A stretch of 64,000 nucleotides of DNA from an uncultured bacterium (GCA_943787795.1 CALSNU010000003.1:1-64000); one strand, 5' to 3'. Positions 19,691 through 30,443 are shown, counted from the stretch's first letter. Notes: generated from the sequence alone by a model not told the origin. Made by a program: numbers and translations.

Positions 19691-21289
19691 ATGCAGGTCC
19701 TCGCGCTCGCCGCCCTCTTCGCCGCCCTCCCCTCCACCTCTGGGATCCCGGACGCCGAGTCGCCGCCCCATGTGGTCGTCATCATGGTGGACGACCTCGG
19801 CTGGCGAGACTGCTCGCCGGCTTGTTGGGGGGACGCCGACGGGGCTGGCGCGCGGCACTTCCAGACGCCGAACCTGGAGCGGCTGGTGGGGGAGGGCATG
19901 CGCTTCGCGGACGCCTACGCCTCCGCGCCCGTGTGCACGCCGACGCGCACGAGCTTCATGACCGGCGTCACGCCGGCGCGGAACCAGATCACGTACTGGA
20001 CCCGGTTCTTCGGACGGGATCAGTCCGCCAGGCATCCGCTCCTCAAGGCGCCGAGCTGGGACGTGGACGCGCTCCAGCCCGGGGACGTGACCCTCGCGTC
20101 CTTGATGACGCCGGAGTACCGGACGATCCACGTGGGTAAGGCGCACTTCGGCACGAGCCCGGAGGGTGGCCCCGAGGGTGGACGCGGCGGCGGCGACCCC
20201 ACGACCCTTGGCTTCGACGTGAACATCGCCGGCTGGGCCGCGGGCGGGCCGGGGAGCTTCTACGGCATCGACGACTTCAGCGCCGCCAAGCGCGAGGAGC
20301 GCCGCGGCAACAAGGGGCGCAACCGCAACTGGGACATCCCCGGGCTGGAGGAGTACCACGGCCAGGACGTGTTCCTCACGGACGTGCTGGCGGACGAGGC
20401 GGAGCGCGCCCTGCGCGAGGGCGTCGCCGACGGCGAGCGGGTCTTCCTGCACTTCGCGCCCTACGCGGTGCACGCGCCGATCATGGCGCACGAGGAGCTC
20501 AAGGCGCGCTTCGAGGGGAGCGGGCTCACGGGGCCTGAGCTCGCCTACGCCACCATGGTGGCGGCGGTGGACGACGCCACGGGGCAGCTGCTCGACGCCC
20601 TCGATGACCTGGGCATCGCCGATGAGACCCTGGTGATCTACACCGGGGACAACGGCGGCCTCTCGGCCCATGCCCGGGGCGGCGAGCGCCACACCCACAA
20701 CCTCCCCGCCCGCAGCGGCAAGGGCAGCGCCTACGACGGCGGGCTGCGCGTGCCCATGGTCGTGCGCTGGCCCGGGGTGGTGAAGCCGGGCACGCTCGTC
20801 CGCGGCCCCGTGGTGACCCACGACCTCTTCCCGACGCTGCTCGGCGCGGCGGGCATCGACATCCCCGCGGATCACGCGGCGCGGGTGGAGGGGATCGACC
20901 TGCGCTCGGTGCTCGACGGCCGTGAGGCGCCGCCCAGGGACCGCTCGCTCCTCTTCCACCAGCCCCACTTCTGGGGCGTCAACGGCCCGGGCATCGAGCC
21001 CTTCAGCGCCGTGCGGGTGGGGGACCACAAGCTGATCTACTTCCACTCCGGCGCCCAGCTGGACGAGGCCACCGGCAAGCGCACGGGCGGCCCCCGCTTC
21101 GAGCTGTACGACCTCGCGGATGACGTGGGCGAGGCCCGAGACCTCGCCGCCGAGCGGCCCGCCACCGTGGCCGCCCTCGCGCAGGTCCTGTCCGCGCGCC
21201 TCGAGGCCGCGGGCGCCTCCATGTCCATCGACGTTTTGTCGGGCCAGCCCGTCCCCATGCCGCGGGCGAGCCTGCGCCGAGGGGAGTGA
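19691..21289 (+). CDS. Formylglycine-dependent (S1) sulfatase
   Basis: VDDLG, CTPTR, GKAH, GDNGG motifs; signal peptide. Confidence 0.95.
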   Translation: MQVLALAALFAALPSTSGIPDAESPPHVVVIMVDDLGWRDCSPACWGDADGAGARHFQTPNLERLVGEGMRFADAYASAPVCTPTRTSFMTGVTPARNQITYWTRFFGRDQSARHPLLKAPSWDVDALQPGDVTLASLMTPEYRTIHVGKAHFGTSPEGGPEGGRGGGDPTTLGFDVNIAGWAAGGPGSFYGIDDFSAAKREERRGNKGRNRNWDIPGLEEYHGQDVFLTDVLADEAERALREGVADGERVFLHFAPYAVHAPIMAHEELKARFEGSGLTGPELAYATMVAAVDDATGQLLDALDDLGIADETLVIYTGDNGGLSAHARGGERHTHNLPARSGKGSAYDGGLRVPMVVRWPGVVKPGTLVRGPVVTHDLFPTLLGAAGIDIPADHAARVEGIDLRSVLDGREAPPRDRSLLFHQPHFWGVNGPGIEPFSAVRVGDHKLIYFHSGAQLDEATGKRTGGPRFELYDLADDVGEARDLAAERPATVAALAQVLSARLEAAGASMSIDVLSGQPVPMPRASLRRGE

Positions 21290-21343
21290 ACGTGGCCGCG
21301 GTAGCGCGGCGCCGTTGGGCGGAGCGGCCTCGCGCCGCGGCGC

Positions 21344-21463
21344 CTAGACGTCGTACGCGAACACGCTCGAATCAGAGCTCATGCCCGCGTAGATCACGAG
21401 GAGCGCGACGATGATCACAGGGATCAGCACGAAGACCCAGTACTTGTGGATGGCGTCACGCAT
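21344..21463 (-). CDS. 39-aa membrane peptide, DUF5989-like
   Basis: MRDAIHKYWVFVLIPVIIVALLVIYAGMSSDSSVFAYDV; single TM and F-x-Y C-terminus; directly after an SGNH gene. Confidence 0.65.
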   Translation of the reverse strand: MRDAIHKYWVFVLIPVIIVALLVIYAGMSSDSSVFAYDV

Positions 21464-21477
21464 GGGGTAGAGGCCTC

Positions 21478-22476
21478 TCACCACGCCTCGACCAGGAGGT
21501 TGATGGCCTCCGCCTGCGTGTTCGGATTGGGGTGCCCGTCCATCGGGTTCACCACGAGCGTCCGCTCGTCCCGGCCCCGGAAGTGTTCGCCCAGATCGAT
21601 CGCCAGGGCGCCCCGGGATACGAGCATGTCGGTGACGCGGCCGGTGTACGAGCGGCTTCCCTCGACGTAGTCGAGATTGGGCCATACAAGGAACGCGATC
21701 TCGGCGCCGGTCTCCGCGGCGTAGTCGAGGAATCCCTGGAGCTCCTCGCCGTGATGTTCAAGGGTCGCCTCATCGTCGTAGGCGTCCTTCAGCCAATCCC
21801 AATACACCGTGCCGAATTGACCGCGGACGACGCGCCAGTAGAACCAGTTGGCGAAGTGCGAGCGCGAGGTCAGCCAGCGCACCGGCTCGGGCGGGTGCTG
21901 CACGCGGACGGTCGGGGGAGGGTTGCCCAGGGCGATCGCTGCGCTCTCGATGTCGTTGATGTAGTAGGAGACCACGATCCGGTCTGGGGTCGCGGGGAAG
22001 GCCCGCAGCGCCTCGAGCTCCTGCACCGGGTTCCAGCCGTTCTGCGCGATGACGGCCACCTCCCAATCGGCGCCCAGACGCGCCTGCAGGACGCCAGCCA
22101 TCCGATCGTCGATGTCCCTTGTTCCGTGTCCTGCGACGAAGGAATCGCCCACGAACAGGAGCGGCGACTTGCCGTTGAAGTCATGTTCCCTGTCGCGGTA
22201 GCCAAGGGAGTTGATCGGATTCCAGTGGCGCGAGAACCAGCGCTTGCCGGCCAGCGTCTGGAGGTAGCCGTCGCTCTGGTCGTGTCCGCCCACGAACCAG
22301 CACTCGGCCGCGAGGTAGCTCATCCCGGTCGTCAGGATCGACAGGGTCGCCCCGACGGCTGCCGTACGCAGGCCACCGCCCACCTTCCACTGCCGCCGGA
22401 AGAGCCACGCAGCGAGGACGCCGCTGATCACGAGCGCGCCGGCGACCCAGCCCGCGAATTCCCAGTGTCGCAGCAT
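21478..22476 (-). CDS. Membrane-anchored SGNH/GDSL hydrolase
   Basis: NSLGYRD, VGDSFVAG, YYIND, DGHPN. Confidence 0.9.
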   Translation of the reverse strand: MLRHWEFAGWVAGALVISGVLAAWLFRRQWKVGGGLRTAAVGATLSILTTGMSYLAAECWFVGGHDQSDGYLQTLAGKRWFSRHWNPINSLGYRDREHDFNGKSPLLFVGDSFVAGHGTRDIDDRMAGVLQARLGADWEVAVIAQNGWNPVQELEALRAFPATPDRIVVSYYINDIESAAIALGNPPPTVRVQHPPEPVRWLTSRSHFANWFYWRVVRGQFGTVYWDWLKDAYDDEATLEHHGEELQGFLDYAAETGAEIAFLVWPNLDYVEGSRSYTGRVTDMLVSRGALAIDLGEHFRGRDERTLVVNPMDGHPNPNTQAEAINLLVEAW

Positions 22477-23000
22477 GACCGGATCTCGGGCTCAGCGCCC
22501 AGCCTCCTGGGGCGTTGGTCGGACCGCGAACGCGCCGTGGCCATGCCGCTCCGAGGTGTCCTCGCGGACGGCTCCTACCGACTTACGCTGGGCGGTCATG
22601 GGAGGGGAGTGTGTCTAGCTGCAACGCGGGGGACTTGGGGCGGGCGATGGGGAGACCACGGAGGCACGGTCACCGATCCGAACGTGCAGCGGGCTCTGGC
22701 CGAACGGTATCCCGGTTCGCAAGTCCATGCCAAGAGGCGGCTGAGGCTTCACTGGTGACGTGCGCGATCTGAGATGCCGAGGCTCGTCGCCTTGGCTCTT
22801 GGCGCCCTGGCGCGCGATGGGGCGTCAGGTCCGCCGGGGCCGTCGTTGCGTCCATCTCAAGTCTCGGCCGCCGTTCCTCTGACCCGCGAAGCCCCGTTTC
22901 AACGCGTCGCGTCTACGGATCACCGTCGCTCCGCCAGGCCCATCGAATCGCCCTCGTTGTGGAGGCTCTCCGTGACCGCTCAGGAGTCTCCGGATGGGGC

Positions 23001-23102
23001 GCGACAGTATCCAGGTCGCGACAGTGCCCCAGCGGCGACAGTCTCCCAGCGGCGACAGCGTCCCAGTGGCGACCGTGTCCGAATAGCGACAGCCTTCAAT
23101 CG
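23001..23102. repeat. 17-bp tandem array, 6 units beginning gcgaca/gcgacc
   Basis: gcgacagtatccaggtc, gcgacagtgccccagcg, gcgacagtctcccagcg, gcgacagcgtcccagtg, gcgaccgtgtccgaata, gcgacagccttcaatcg. Confidence 0.85.
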
Positions 23103-23145
23103 GCGGAGGGCTGCACTGGCGGATGGATGCACGAGGCGGTCGGGG

Positions 23146-24243
23146 TCAGCGCAACCGGTACTCCTTGCGAAAGCGCTGTTCGAAGGAGGCCCAGGTCTTC
23201 TCGTCCATGACTCCGAACGTGGCCTCGAAGGCCGCCGTCGTCACCCGTTGTTGCTCCGCCTGCAGGTCCTCCCCGGTGGTCGGGAAGGGGCCCGTTGCAC
23301 CCGCAGACGCCTCGGCCTCCGCCTGGCCGTTGCGGATCGCCAAGAGGAACCGGAAGAACGTCCCGCGGACCTCGTCCGACGCCTTCGACCTTGGCGCCAG
23401 GAAGTGATCGATCAGGAGGAAGCCGAGGGCTCCAGGGACGATGGGGTCCTCCGCATCAAGAGTGGGGCTGACGGCCGGGATGCGGGTGACCGTCAGCGCG
23501 GCGCGCAGGTCGAGAGCTTCACCCTGCTGGATGGAGGCCTTCGCGGAGTCCACGAAGATATCCTCGGGGGCCGGCGTGACGCCGCGGCCCCTGAACCGCG
23601 ACTGCATGACCCAACTCCGGAGGCCGAGGTTCAGTTCGCCTGGTAAGCCCAACATGAGGTCCGGGCAGTGCTCGTCGAGCCAGTAGGACAAGAGCTCGCC
23701 GTTGACGGTCAGGGGGAAGAGCTCTGGGAGGTCAGGGGACATGCACGCGAGTTGCTCGAGCTCGGCGAGGTCGGTGCCTCCCGCGGGCTCGTATGCGGAG
23801 AGAGCGTCGGGCGTTTCAAAGATCCGGAGGATCGGCGCGCGGGTGTAGGGGACGGTTCTCAGGGCTCCGAAGGTCGCGTCGAGCCAGTCCAGGGTGGCGT
23901 CGGCGTCACGAGCGGCGCTCTTCAGGGACCCGCACGCCCTGGAGCCCAGCAGGAGCGCCCGGCGCGCCTTGAGGGTCCGCCAGCCGATGGGCGGAAGGGT
24001 CTCCATGGCGAGGCGGTGGAGACGCTTCTCAGAGGCCTTGGCGTGCTCGACGGCCTCTTCCGCTGGTTCCCTGTCTGGCTCATTCTCCAACCTGTCGTCT
24101 GCGGCCTCTCGGTGCTCCGGGCCAACGCCCAGCAGCGTCTGGGCGGCGCACCTCGGCAGGGGCAGTGCTGCGCCCACGCCGATGGCGGCGGCGGACGCCT
24201 GCATCGCGGAGATCGCGACGAGCAGGACGGAGAGTGACTTCAT
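23146..24243 (-). CDS. Secreted hypothetical protein
   Basis: Signal peptide, 365-aa ORF with coding-like composition. Confidence 0.7.
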   Translation of the reverse strand: MKSLSVLLVAISAMQASAAAIGVGAALPLPRCAAQTLLGVGPEHREAADDRLENEPDREPAEEAVEHAKASEKRLHRLAMETLPPIGWRTLKARRALLLGSRACGSLKSAARDADATLDWLDATFGALRTVPYTRAPILRIFETPDALSAYEPAGGTDLAELEQLACMSPDLPELFPLTVNGELLSYWLDEHCPDLMLGLPGELNLGLRSWVMQSRFRGRGVTPAPEDIFVDSAKASIQQGEALDLRAALTVTRIPAVSPTLDAEDPIVPGALGFLLIDHFLAPRSKASDEVRGTFFRFLLAIRNGQAEAEASAGATGPFPTTGEDLQAEQQRVTTAAFEATFGVMDEKTWASFEQRFRKEYRLR

Positions 24244-24651
24244 GTGCGTCTATGAGGCGGGTGGTGGGAGGCGGCGGCAGGAGATATCAACCCTGGGGAG
24301 CGGGTGCGTGGAGCATGGCTTCAACCTCAAGCAGGTATTCGAAGACCTCCCCTTGGGGGCGCGCGAGTGATCGGTGCGAATCGGAAGACGACCTGCTGCG
24401 CCGGGGCCTCCTCGCTGCCCCCGAAGGCGTTGACCGTCTGCCGGATGACGCCGATGCGGCGGTCTAGCTCTTGCCGGGTCATCTCTCAGGCATCAAAGCA
24501 CAGGACTCGGATCCTGTTCCAGATCGAGGGGCCTTGGGGACCAAGAGGCACACGTCGAAGCGAGAGGACTCGAGCTGCTAGGTGTCCTTCCAGGCGGTGG
24601 AGGGAGAGAGGGCAGGACCCCTGAGGTGGGCCTGCCGGTTCCATCGCTGGG

Positions 24652-26217
24652 CTAGGGGCGGGTCTTGCGCTTCATGATCTCAGCGGCGTCGCCGTCGACG
24701 GTGGGCAGGGGGAAGCCCTCGGAGGGCTGGTGCGACCTATCCATGAGGGCCTCGAGCGTGGCGACCACCTCGGGCTGTCGGGCCGAGAGGTCCACGGATT
24801 CGGTGGGGTCTGCGGACAGGTCGTAGAGCGCGAGCAGAGGGGCGCCCTTCTTCAGCCCGGTGCGCACCAGCTTCCAGTCCCCCTGGCGGACCGCCTGGGC
24901 GCCGGCGGGGCGGTACTCCCAGTACAGATACGGCCGCGCAGGGGCGTCGAGTTCGCCTCGAGCGGCGGCGGCGAAGGACACGCTGTCCGTGGCCACATGT
25001 GGGTCGGTCGCGGCGGGCGCCCCCACGAGATCGAGCACCGTGGCCGTCACGTCGACGGTGGAAACCACGTGGTCGGACACGGCGCCCTCAGGAAAGTGTC
25101 CGGGCCAGCTCGCGAGGAACGGGACGCGCACGCCGCCCTCAAAGAGCTGCCCCTTGTGGCCGCGGCGCTGGTCATGGCTGTTGAAGAACTCCGTGTCCAC
25201 GCCGCCCACGTAGGTGGCGCCGTTGTCGCTGGTGAACAGCACCACTGTGTTGTCTGCCACGCCGCGGGCCTCGAGGGTGTCGAGGATCCGGCCGACCTGA
25301 TCGTCGAGGAAGCTGATCATCCCCGCATAGGCGCGGCGCGGGCTGGGGTGGGGCAGGTAGGACTGCTGCCCCAGGTATGGCTCTTCGTCCCACTCGGCGG
25401 GGTAGCGCTCCACGTACTCGCGGGGGACCTGTAGGGCGAGGTGGGGGATGACCGACGCATAGTAGAGGAAGAAGGGCTCATCCTCCTGGGCAGCGCCGTC
25501 GAGCCAATCGATCATGTCGTCGGCGATGAGCTGCGGGGCGTAGCGTCGGGCGCCGCCGTCCGGGCCGTCGCCGCCGAAGCGCGCGTAGTACTCCTCAGCG
25601 CTCGCGAGGGGCGCCTGGAGCTTTTGGTGCGCCTTGAAGTGCTCTGCGCCCGCGATCGGCGCGCGCTCGCCGTCATTCCACAGGTGGGTGGGGTAGTAGT
25701 TGTGGGCGACGCGCTGGCAGAGGTAGCCGTAGAAGTGGTCGAAGCCCTGGCGCTCCGGCGCGCCGCGGGTCCCCGGACCGCCGAGCCCCCACTTGCCGTA
25801 GCCGGCCGTCCGGTACCCGAGGTCGCCGAGGCGCTCGGCCAGGGTGACCTCCTCGTCGGAGAGCGGCCACTGGCCCTCGGGCTCATCGGGACCCCAGCCC
25901 CCGTTCTCCCAGTTGGCGCGCACCTCCGCGTGTCCCGAGTGCTTCCCGGTCAGCAGGACGCAGCGAGAGGGGGCGCAGACCGGGGAGCCGGTATAGGCGC
26001 TGTTGAAGCGCACGCCGGCCCTGGCGATGGAGTCGATGTGCGGGGTCTGGATGTGCTGCTGGCCGTAGCAGCCGAGCTCGCCGGCGCCCAGGTCGTCCAC
26101 AAAGACGACCACGACGTTCGGGCGCGCGGCGCGGCCGGCGTCGCTGGTGGACCCAGAGGAGGAGGCACAGGCGGCGACGAGGGCCGCGATGGAGAGCGGC
26201 ATGAGGGCGCGGATCAT
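24652..26217 (-). CDS. Arylsulfatase (S1), lipoprotein
   Basis: Lipobox VAAC; VDDLG, CAPSR, GKWGLG, SDNG. Confidence 0.95.
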   Translation of the reverse strand: MIRALMPLSIAALVAACASSSGSTSDAGRAARPNVVVVFVDDLGAGELGCYGQQHIQTPHIDSIARAGVRFNSAYTGSPVCAPSRCVLLTGKHSGHAEVRANWENGGWGPDEPEGQWPLSDEEVTLAERLGDLGYRTAGYGKWGLGGPGTRGAPERQGFDHFYGYLCQRVAHNYYPTHLWNDGERAPIAGAEHFKAHQKLQAPLASAEEYYARFGGDGPDGGARRYAPQLIADDMIDWLDGAAQEDEPFFLYYASVIPHLALQVPREYVERYPAEWDEEPYLGQQSYLPHPSPRRAYAGMISFLDDQVGRILDTLEARGVADNTVVLFTSDNGATYVGGVDTEFFNSHDQRRGHKGQLFEGGVRVPFLASWPGHFPEGAVSDHVVSTVDVTATVLDLVGAPAATDPHVATDSVSFAAAARGELDAPARPYLYWEYRPAGAQAVRQGDWKLVRTGLKKGAPLLALYDLSADPTESVDLSARQPEVVATLEALMDRSHQPSEGFPLPTVDGDAAEIMKRKTRP

Positions 26218-26276
26218 GCCCTGCAGCCTAGGGCAAGTCGGCGGCGCGGGCGACCAAGCGCCCCCCCAAGAGTGGC

Positions 26277-27152
26277 TCAGGCGTCCTTCAGCTCGAGCGC
26301 CTTGCTGGCCTGGATGAGGTAGCCCCGGAGCTTGAGGCTCGAGTCGGCGATCTGTCGGCGCTGGGCCATGTCGATCAGCGTGAAGGGCGACCCCTCGACC
26401 CCCTCGGAGGAGAACTCGCCGGCCACCTCTTCGATGGCCTTCCGGTAGGCGCGGTCGATCCGCTCGGCGAGGAGCGCGTCCTCGCTACGGACCGCTCCGG
26501 CGAAGTACTTGTACTGCTCGTAGCAGCCGATCCAGGCGTGGTGGATCACCAGGAGGGTCTGGTTGCTCCACATCTCCTCCTCACTGGAGACCATGCGCGT
26601 GGCCACGTCCATGCAGCGACGCTGCATGCCATCGAAGGTCTCCGAGGCGCTGAAGCGCCCGCGATCGTCGAGGACCGCGCGCAGCTCCTGCGCGTCCTCG
26701 AGGAGCTGGCGCGCGTAGGGCATGGCGGCGCCCATACGCTTGCGCGCGAAGAGGAAGATCTCGATGCGGTGGAAGCCCCGGAACCCCGGGTCGAACTCGC
26801 CCGCCTCGAATTCGGAGGAGCGTCCGTCGATGGCGAGGTCAAGCTCGGGGAAGGCGGCAGCGAGCACCTGGATCTCCTCGTAAGGAGCGCGCGCAGCGGC
26901 GTACGCGTGCCAGGTGCCCTCGAGGGTGCCGGAGTCCAGGGCGACGAGGAGGTCCTCGATACGGAGGATCAGCTCGTCACAGCGCTCGATCGCCACGGCG
27001 ACGCCGCTGGTCACGGCGCTCGAGAACGGTTGGCGGATCACGGCGGCTGGCGTGGCGACCGGCTGGGCGTCCATCGTCGTGGACTGGCAGGCGGCGGCGA
27101 GGCCGATGAGGAGGACGGGAGAGACTCGCTTGTGGGTGCTGCTCGTTTTCAT
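26277..27152 (-). CDS. EfeO/EfeM-like imelysin (peptidase M75) lipoprotein
   Basis: Lipobox LAAAC; AYAAARAPYEEI, GFHRIE (HxxE), EEEMWS. Confidence 0.85.
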   Translation of the reverse strand: MKTSSTHKRVSPVLLIGLAAACQSTTMDAQPVATPAAVIRQPFSSAVTSGVAVAIERCDELILRIEDLLVALDSGTLEGTWHAYAAARAPYEEIQVLAAAFPELDLAIDGRSSEFEAGEFDPGFRGFHRIEIFLFARKRMGAAMPYARQLLEDAQELRAVLDDRGRFSASETFDGMQRRCMDVATRMVSSEEEMWSNQTLLVIHHAWIGCYEQYKYFAGAVRSEDALLAERIDRAYRKAIEEVAGEFSSEGVEGSPFTLIDMAQRRQIADSSLKLRGYLIQASKALELKDA

Positions 27153-27301
27153 CGCGCTGGTGGTGCGGCGAGCTCTCCAAAGCGGAGCCCTCGCGGCATG
27201 CCAGCTATCGACCCCCTCGCTGGAGCGCCTTTCGGCAATCCTGGAATCGACCGGGAGTCTGCCACCGCGTCACGGTGCGAGACAGTCCCGGCGTGAGAGC
27301 G

Positions 27302-28699
27302 TCAGGGGAGCAGGTCGCCCGCCGGATCGAGCGGGGTGCGCAGGCGCTTCAAGAACGTCAGCACCTCGACCTTCTGCGCCGAAGGCAGAGCGGCGAACGC
27401 GTCCCGGGCGCCCTGGGCTTCGCCGCCGTGCAGGAGGATCGCGTCGGTGAGCGTCGTCGCGCGGCCGTCGTGGAGGTAGGGCGCCGTGTCCGCCACGCCC
27501 CACAGCCGGGCCGTGATGTAGAGCGCGTCGTCGGGGTTCCCGAACGCCTCGGCGAGGCCAGGTCCCATGTCGTGCAGCTTCAGATCGCTGAACAGCGGGA
27601 CCTCGAGCCCCCCCCCGGGGGCGGGATCAAATCCTGCGGCGGACTGGGTGAGGTCGACCCGCAGGAACTGGTTCAGCTGCGGAGCCGTCTCCACCTCCGG
27701 GAAGCGAAACGGCAGGGCGCGGCTGCGGGTGGTGAGGGTCGGGATGTGGCAAACGGCGCAGCCAATGGCCCCGAAGACGTCCAGGCCCTGGTCGGCCTCC
27801 GGCGTCCAGTCGCGGACCTCGGGGCGTTCGAGGGTGGCTCCGAAGATGTGCATCGCGGAGATCTCGCCGGCCAGCAACTCGTCCGAGACGCCATCGCCGT
27901 CGCTGTCGACGCCGGGGCCCACCAGCTCCGTGGGCTCGATCCCGAAGTGGAAGCGCATGGCCTCGACGTCGAAGCCGCGGACGGTCTGGAACGAGCCCTT
28001 GCGGCCAAACGGGCGGACGACGAGGTCCTCCGGGATCCCCTCGAGGCTGGAGTAGTCGAACGCTCCAGAGGCGCTGTCGAAGCGCAGGGAGCCAAAAGAG
28101 ACGCCGTGGGTGACCAGCGGGATGTCGCTGTCGGGAGACGCGAAGGCGGCGCGGGGGCCCTGCTGGAGCGCGGCGGTCATCTCCAGCGCGAGGAGCTCGA
28201 GGCCCCCGGAGCCGAAGAGGAACGGAGGGTTGATGAACCGCCCGTTGAAGCCGGCCATGCCCTGGCCGGCGGCGTCGATCACGTCAATCCGGCGGGGCTG
28301 GAAGATCACGTTGGTGCTCGAGGGGCCGACCCCCCCGATCCCGAAGGTCGCCGGGATGGTCGCCGCGCTGCCGATGCCGTGGCACTCCAGGCAGGACTGG
28401 GAGTCGAGCCCATTCACCCGGAGGAACGTGCCGTTGCCCTGCAGGGTCGGGCGCCCGCCCGGTGAGATGGGGTCGAGCGGGTCCATCGCTCCGTCGCCAT
28501 ACCCGTCGAGGTGGTTGAACGGGGTGCAGAAGATCCGCAGGCCCTCGGCGCGGATCTCATCCACGGTCATGGAGCCGTTCTCGATGTCAGCCTGGAAGAT
28601 CCGATCCGCGCCGAGCGCTGGGCCGTCCGCCTGAGCCGAGGCGAGCCCGCACAGGGCGGCTGCGATCGTGAGGTTCCTTCCTGCAGAGAGGGTTAGCAT
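27302..28699 (-). CDS. Di-haem oxidoreductase (DHOR-type) cytochrome c protein
   Basis: CLECH and CAVCH haem motifs; FSDLKLHDMG, LWG..TAPYLHDGRA..AILLHGGE. Confidence 0.88.
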   Translation of the reverse strand: MLTLSAGRNLTIAAALCGLASAQADGPALGADRIFQADIENGSMTVDEIRAEGLRIFCTPFNHLDGYGDGAMDPLDPISPGGRPTLQGNGTFLRVNGLDSQSCLECHGIGSAATIPATFGIGGVGPSSTNVIFQPRRIDVIDAAGQGMAGFNGRFINPPFLFGSGGLELLALEMTAALQQGPRAAFASPDSDIPLVTHGVSFGSLRFDSASGAFDYSSLEGIPEDLVVRPFGRKGSFQTVRGFDVEAMRFHFGIEPTELVGPGVDSDGDGVSDELLAGEISAMHIFGATLERPEVRDWTPEADQGLDVFGAIGCAVCHIPTLTTRSRALPFRFPEVETAPQLNQFLRVDLTQSAAGFDPAPGGGLEVPLFSDLKLHDMGPGLAEAFGNPDDALYITARLWGVADTAPYLHDGRATTLTDAILLHGGEAQGARDAFAALPSAQKVEVLTFLKRLRTPLDPAGDLLP

Positions 28700-28848
28700 G
28701 CTAGCGGGCAGCGGTTCGCCCGTACCCACACCTTACGCGTGGACCAGGGACTTCGAGGCTCGAGTCGCCGCTCCCTCGGGTGGAATTCCATGACCAGACA
28801 TCAGACTGCGACATGTACTCGAGGGTGGAACTCTCTCACGATGCACTC

Positions 28849-29664
28849 ATGAGACCGAGACACGATCTCCTGGCGGCGGCCGGGCTGGCGCTCCAGGCGC
28901 TGACGGCGTGCGTGGCGACCGGCGCTGGCGAAGCGCAAGGACCTGAACTCGGCACGTTTACGCTCGCTCTCGTCAGTGAAGTGGCGCTTCTCAGTGAAGT
29001 GGCGCTCCTCAGTGAAGCCGCGCTCGTCAGTGAGAGCGACGCGCCCCAGGCCAGCGAGCGCTTCGCCGAGCGTGAGATCTTCGAGGAGCACCGCAGGTAC
29101 CTCGAGGTCCAGGCCGAGGCCGGGCGGCTGCTGGTCTCGGGCCCCTTCATGGGGGCTTCGAGCGCGGGCAGGGGGCTCCTGATCTTCGACATGGAGGACC
29201 CCGCTGACGTGGCGCAGCTTCTGGCGAGCGACCCCGCGGTCTCGGCGGGCCTGCTGCGCCCCGCGCTCTACCCCCTCATCACGTTGGATCGGCTCCGCGA
29301 CCTCCCCCGTATGGAGCAGGCCCGTGTGCTGGCGGCAGGGGGGCGCGGGGGCGACTCACGGCGCTACCTGGTCGTGATGGTGGAGGATGGTGGGGCGGCG
29401 ATCGAGGCGCTTCAGCACCCGTCCATCGCGCCCAGCATTCTCGTGCTCGGCCAGCTCGGCGAGCCGAGTCCCGGGGCGCTCTTCGCGGTCCTGGACCTCG
29501 AGACCGAGAGGGAACTCGCGGCCCGGCTCCGGGTCGCCGAGGCAACCTCCGCTCCTGGACGAGGGGCGTGGCAGGTGTGGGAGTGGTTCTCCACCCCAGC
29601 GCTTGAGGGGTTCGCCTTCGAGCCCGGCGGGCCTCAACCGCCGAGCAGCTCGGCGTCGAAGTAG
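28849..29664 (+). CDS. YciI-domain protein, probable lipoprotein
   Basis: LTAC lipobox; EHRRYL..SGPF..DPAV YciI motifs; start ATG 28849 has CACGAT 6 nt upstream. Confidence 0.7.
   Translation: MRPRHDLLAAAGLALQALTACVATGAGEAQGPELGTFTLALVSEVALLSEVALLSEAALVSESDAPQASERFAEREIFEEHRRYLEVQAEAGRLLVSGPFMGASSAGRGLLIFDMEDPADVAQLLASDPAVSAGLLRPALYPLITLDRLRDLPRMEQARVLAAGGRGGDSRRYLVVMVEDGGAAIEALQHPSIAPSILVLGQLGEPSPGALFAVLDLETERELAARLRVAEATSAPGRGAWQVWEWFSTPALEGFAFEPGGPQPPSSSASK
28966..29037 (+). repeat. In-frame 18-bp repeat x4 ([12 protein letters not shown])
   Basis: gcgcttctcagtgaagtg-type units. Confidence 0.9.
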
Positions 29665-30443
29665 TTACTGCCCATGCCGGCGTCCACCACGAGGCCCTGG
29701 CCGTTCAGCCCGCTGGACCGCGGTGAGAGCAGGAAGAGGGTGGTCGCGGCGACCTCCTCGGTCTTGAGGCCCTCCTTGCGGAGCGTGGCCTTCTCGGCGT
29801 GCATCCAGGAGTCCACGTAGCCGGGGATTCCCGCGGAGGAGCTCGTCTTGAGGAGCCCCGCGCGCACCGCGTTGAAGCGGACGCTGCTGAAGGCGCTGAA
29901 GGACTTGGCGAGGAAGACGACGGCCGAATCAAGGGCGGCCTTGATGGGGGCCATGTAGCCGTAGTTCTCGGCCGCCATGGTGGTGCTCGAGATGGAGATC
30001 GTCACCACGGACGCGTCCCGGTCGAAGAGGTCCTTCAGGGCGTTGGAGAGCGCCACGAGCGAGAACGCGGAGACCTTGGTGGCCTCGAGGAAGTCCGTCT
30101 CATTCGTCTCGTGAAAGGGCTTCCACCCGTCCGAGTAGTTGGCGAAGGCGATGGAGTGGACCAGCCCGTGGAGGGTCTTGCCCGTCTCGGCGAGCGCGGC
30201 CCGCAGGCCCTCGATGTCGCCCGCCTCGCGCACGTCGCAGGTCAGAACGAGCCGGTCGCCGGTGAGCTTCGCGAGCTCATCCCGCCGCGCCTCGGTCCGC
30301 ACGACGAGGATCACCTCGGCGCCGACCTCCTCCAGCTGCCGCGTGACGTGCCAGGCGACGCTCTTGCGATTCTTGAGCCCGGTGACCACCACCGTCTTGC
30401 CGGCGAGGTGGGTCCAGTCGCTCGTGGATGCGTCCGCGCCCAT
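29634..30443 (-). CDS. fabI: Enoyl-ACP reductase (FabI-type)
   Basis: [26 protein letters not shown] (Y-x6-K); TGATG coupling to fabZ. Confidence 0.85.
   Translation of the reverse strand: MGADASTSDWTHLAGKTVVVTGLKNRKSVAWHVTRQLEEVGAEVILVVRTEARRDELAKLTGDRLVLTCDVREAGDIEGLRAALAETGKTLHGLVHSIAFANYSDGWKPFHETNETDFLEATKVSAFSLVALSNALKDLFDRDASVVTISISSTTMAAENYGYMAPIKAALDSAVVFLAKSFSAFSSVRFNAVRAGLLKTSSSAGIPGYVDSWMHAEKATLRKEGLKTEEVAATTLFLLSPRSSGLNGQGLVVDAGMGSNYFDAELLGG

Noticed and set aside
22500..23000. Gene in the 500-bp gap between the SGNH gene and the 17-bp array
   Set aside because: Candidate ORFs are Arg/Pro-rich, lack motifs and have no convincing start
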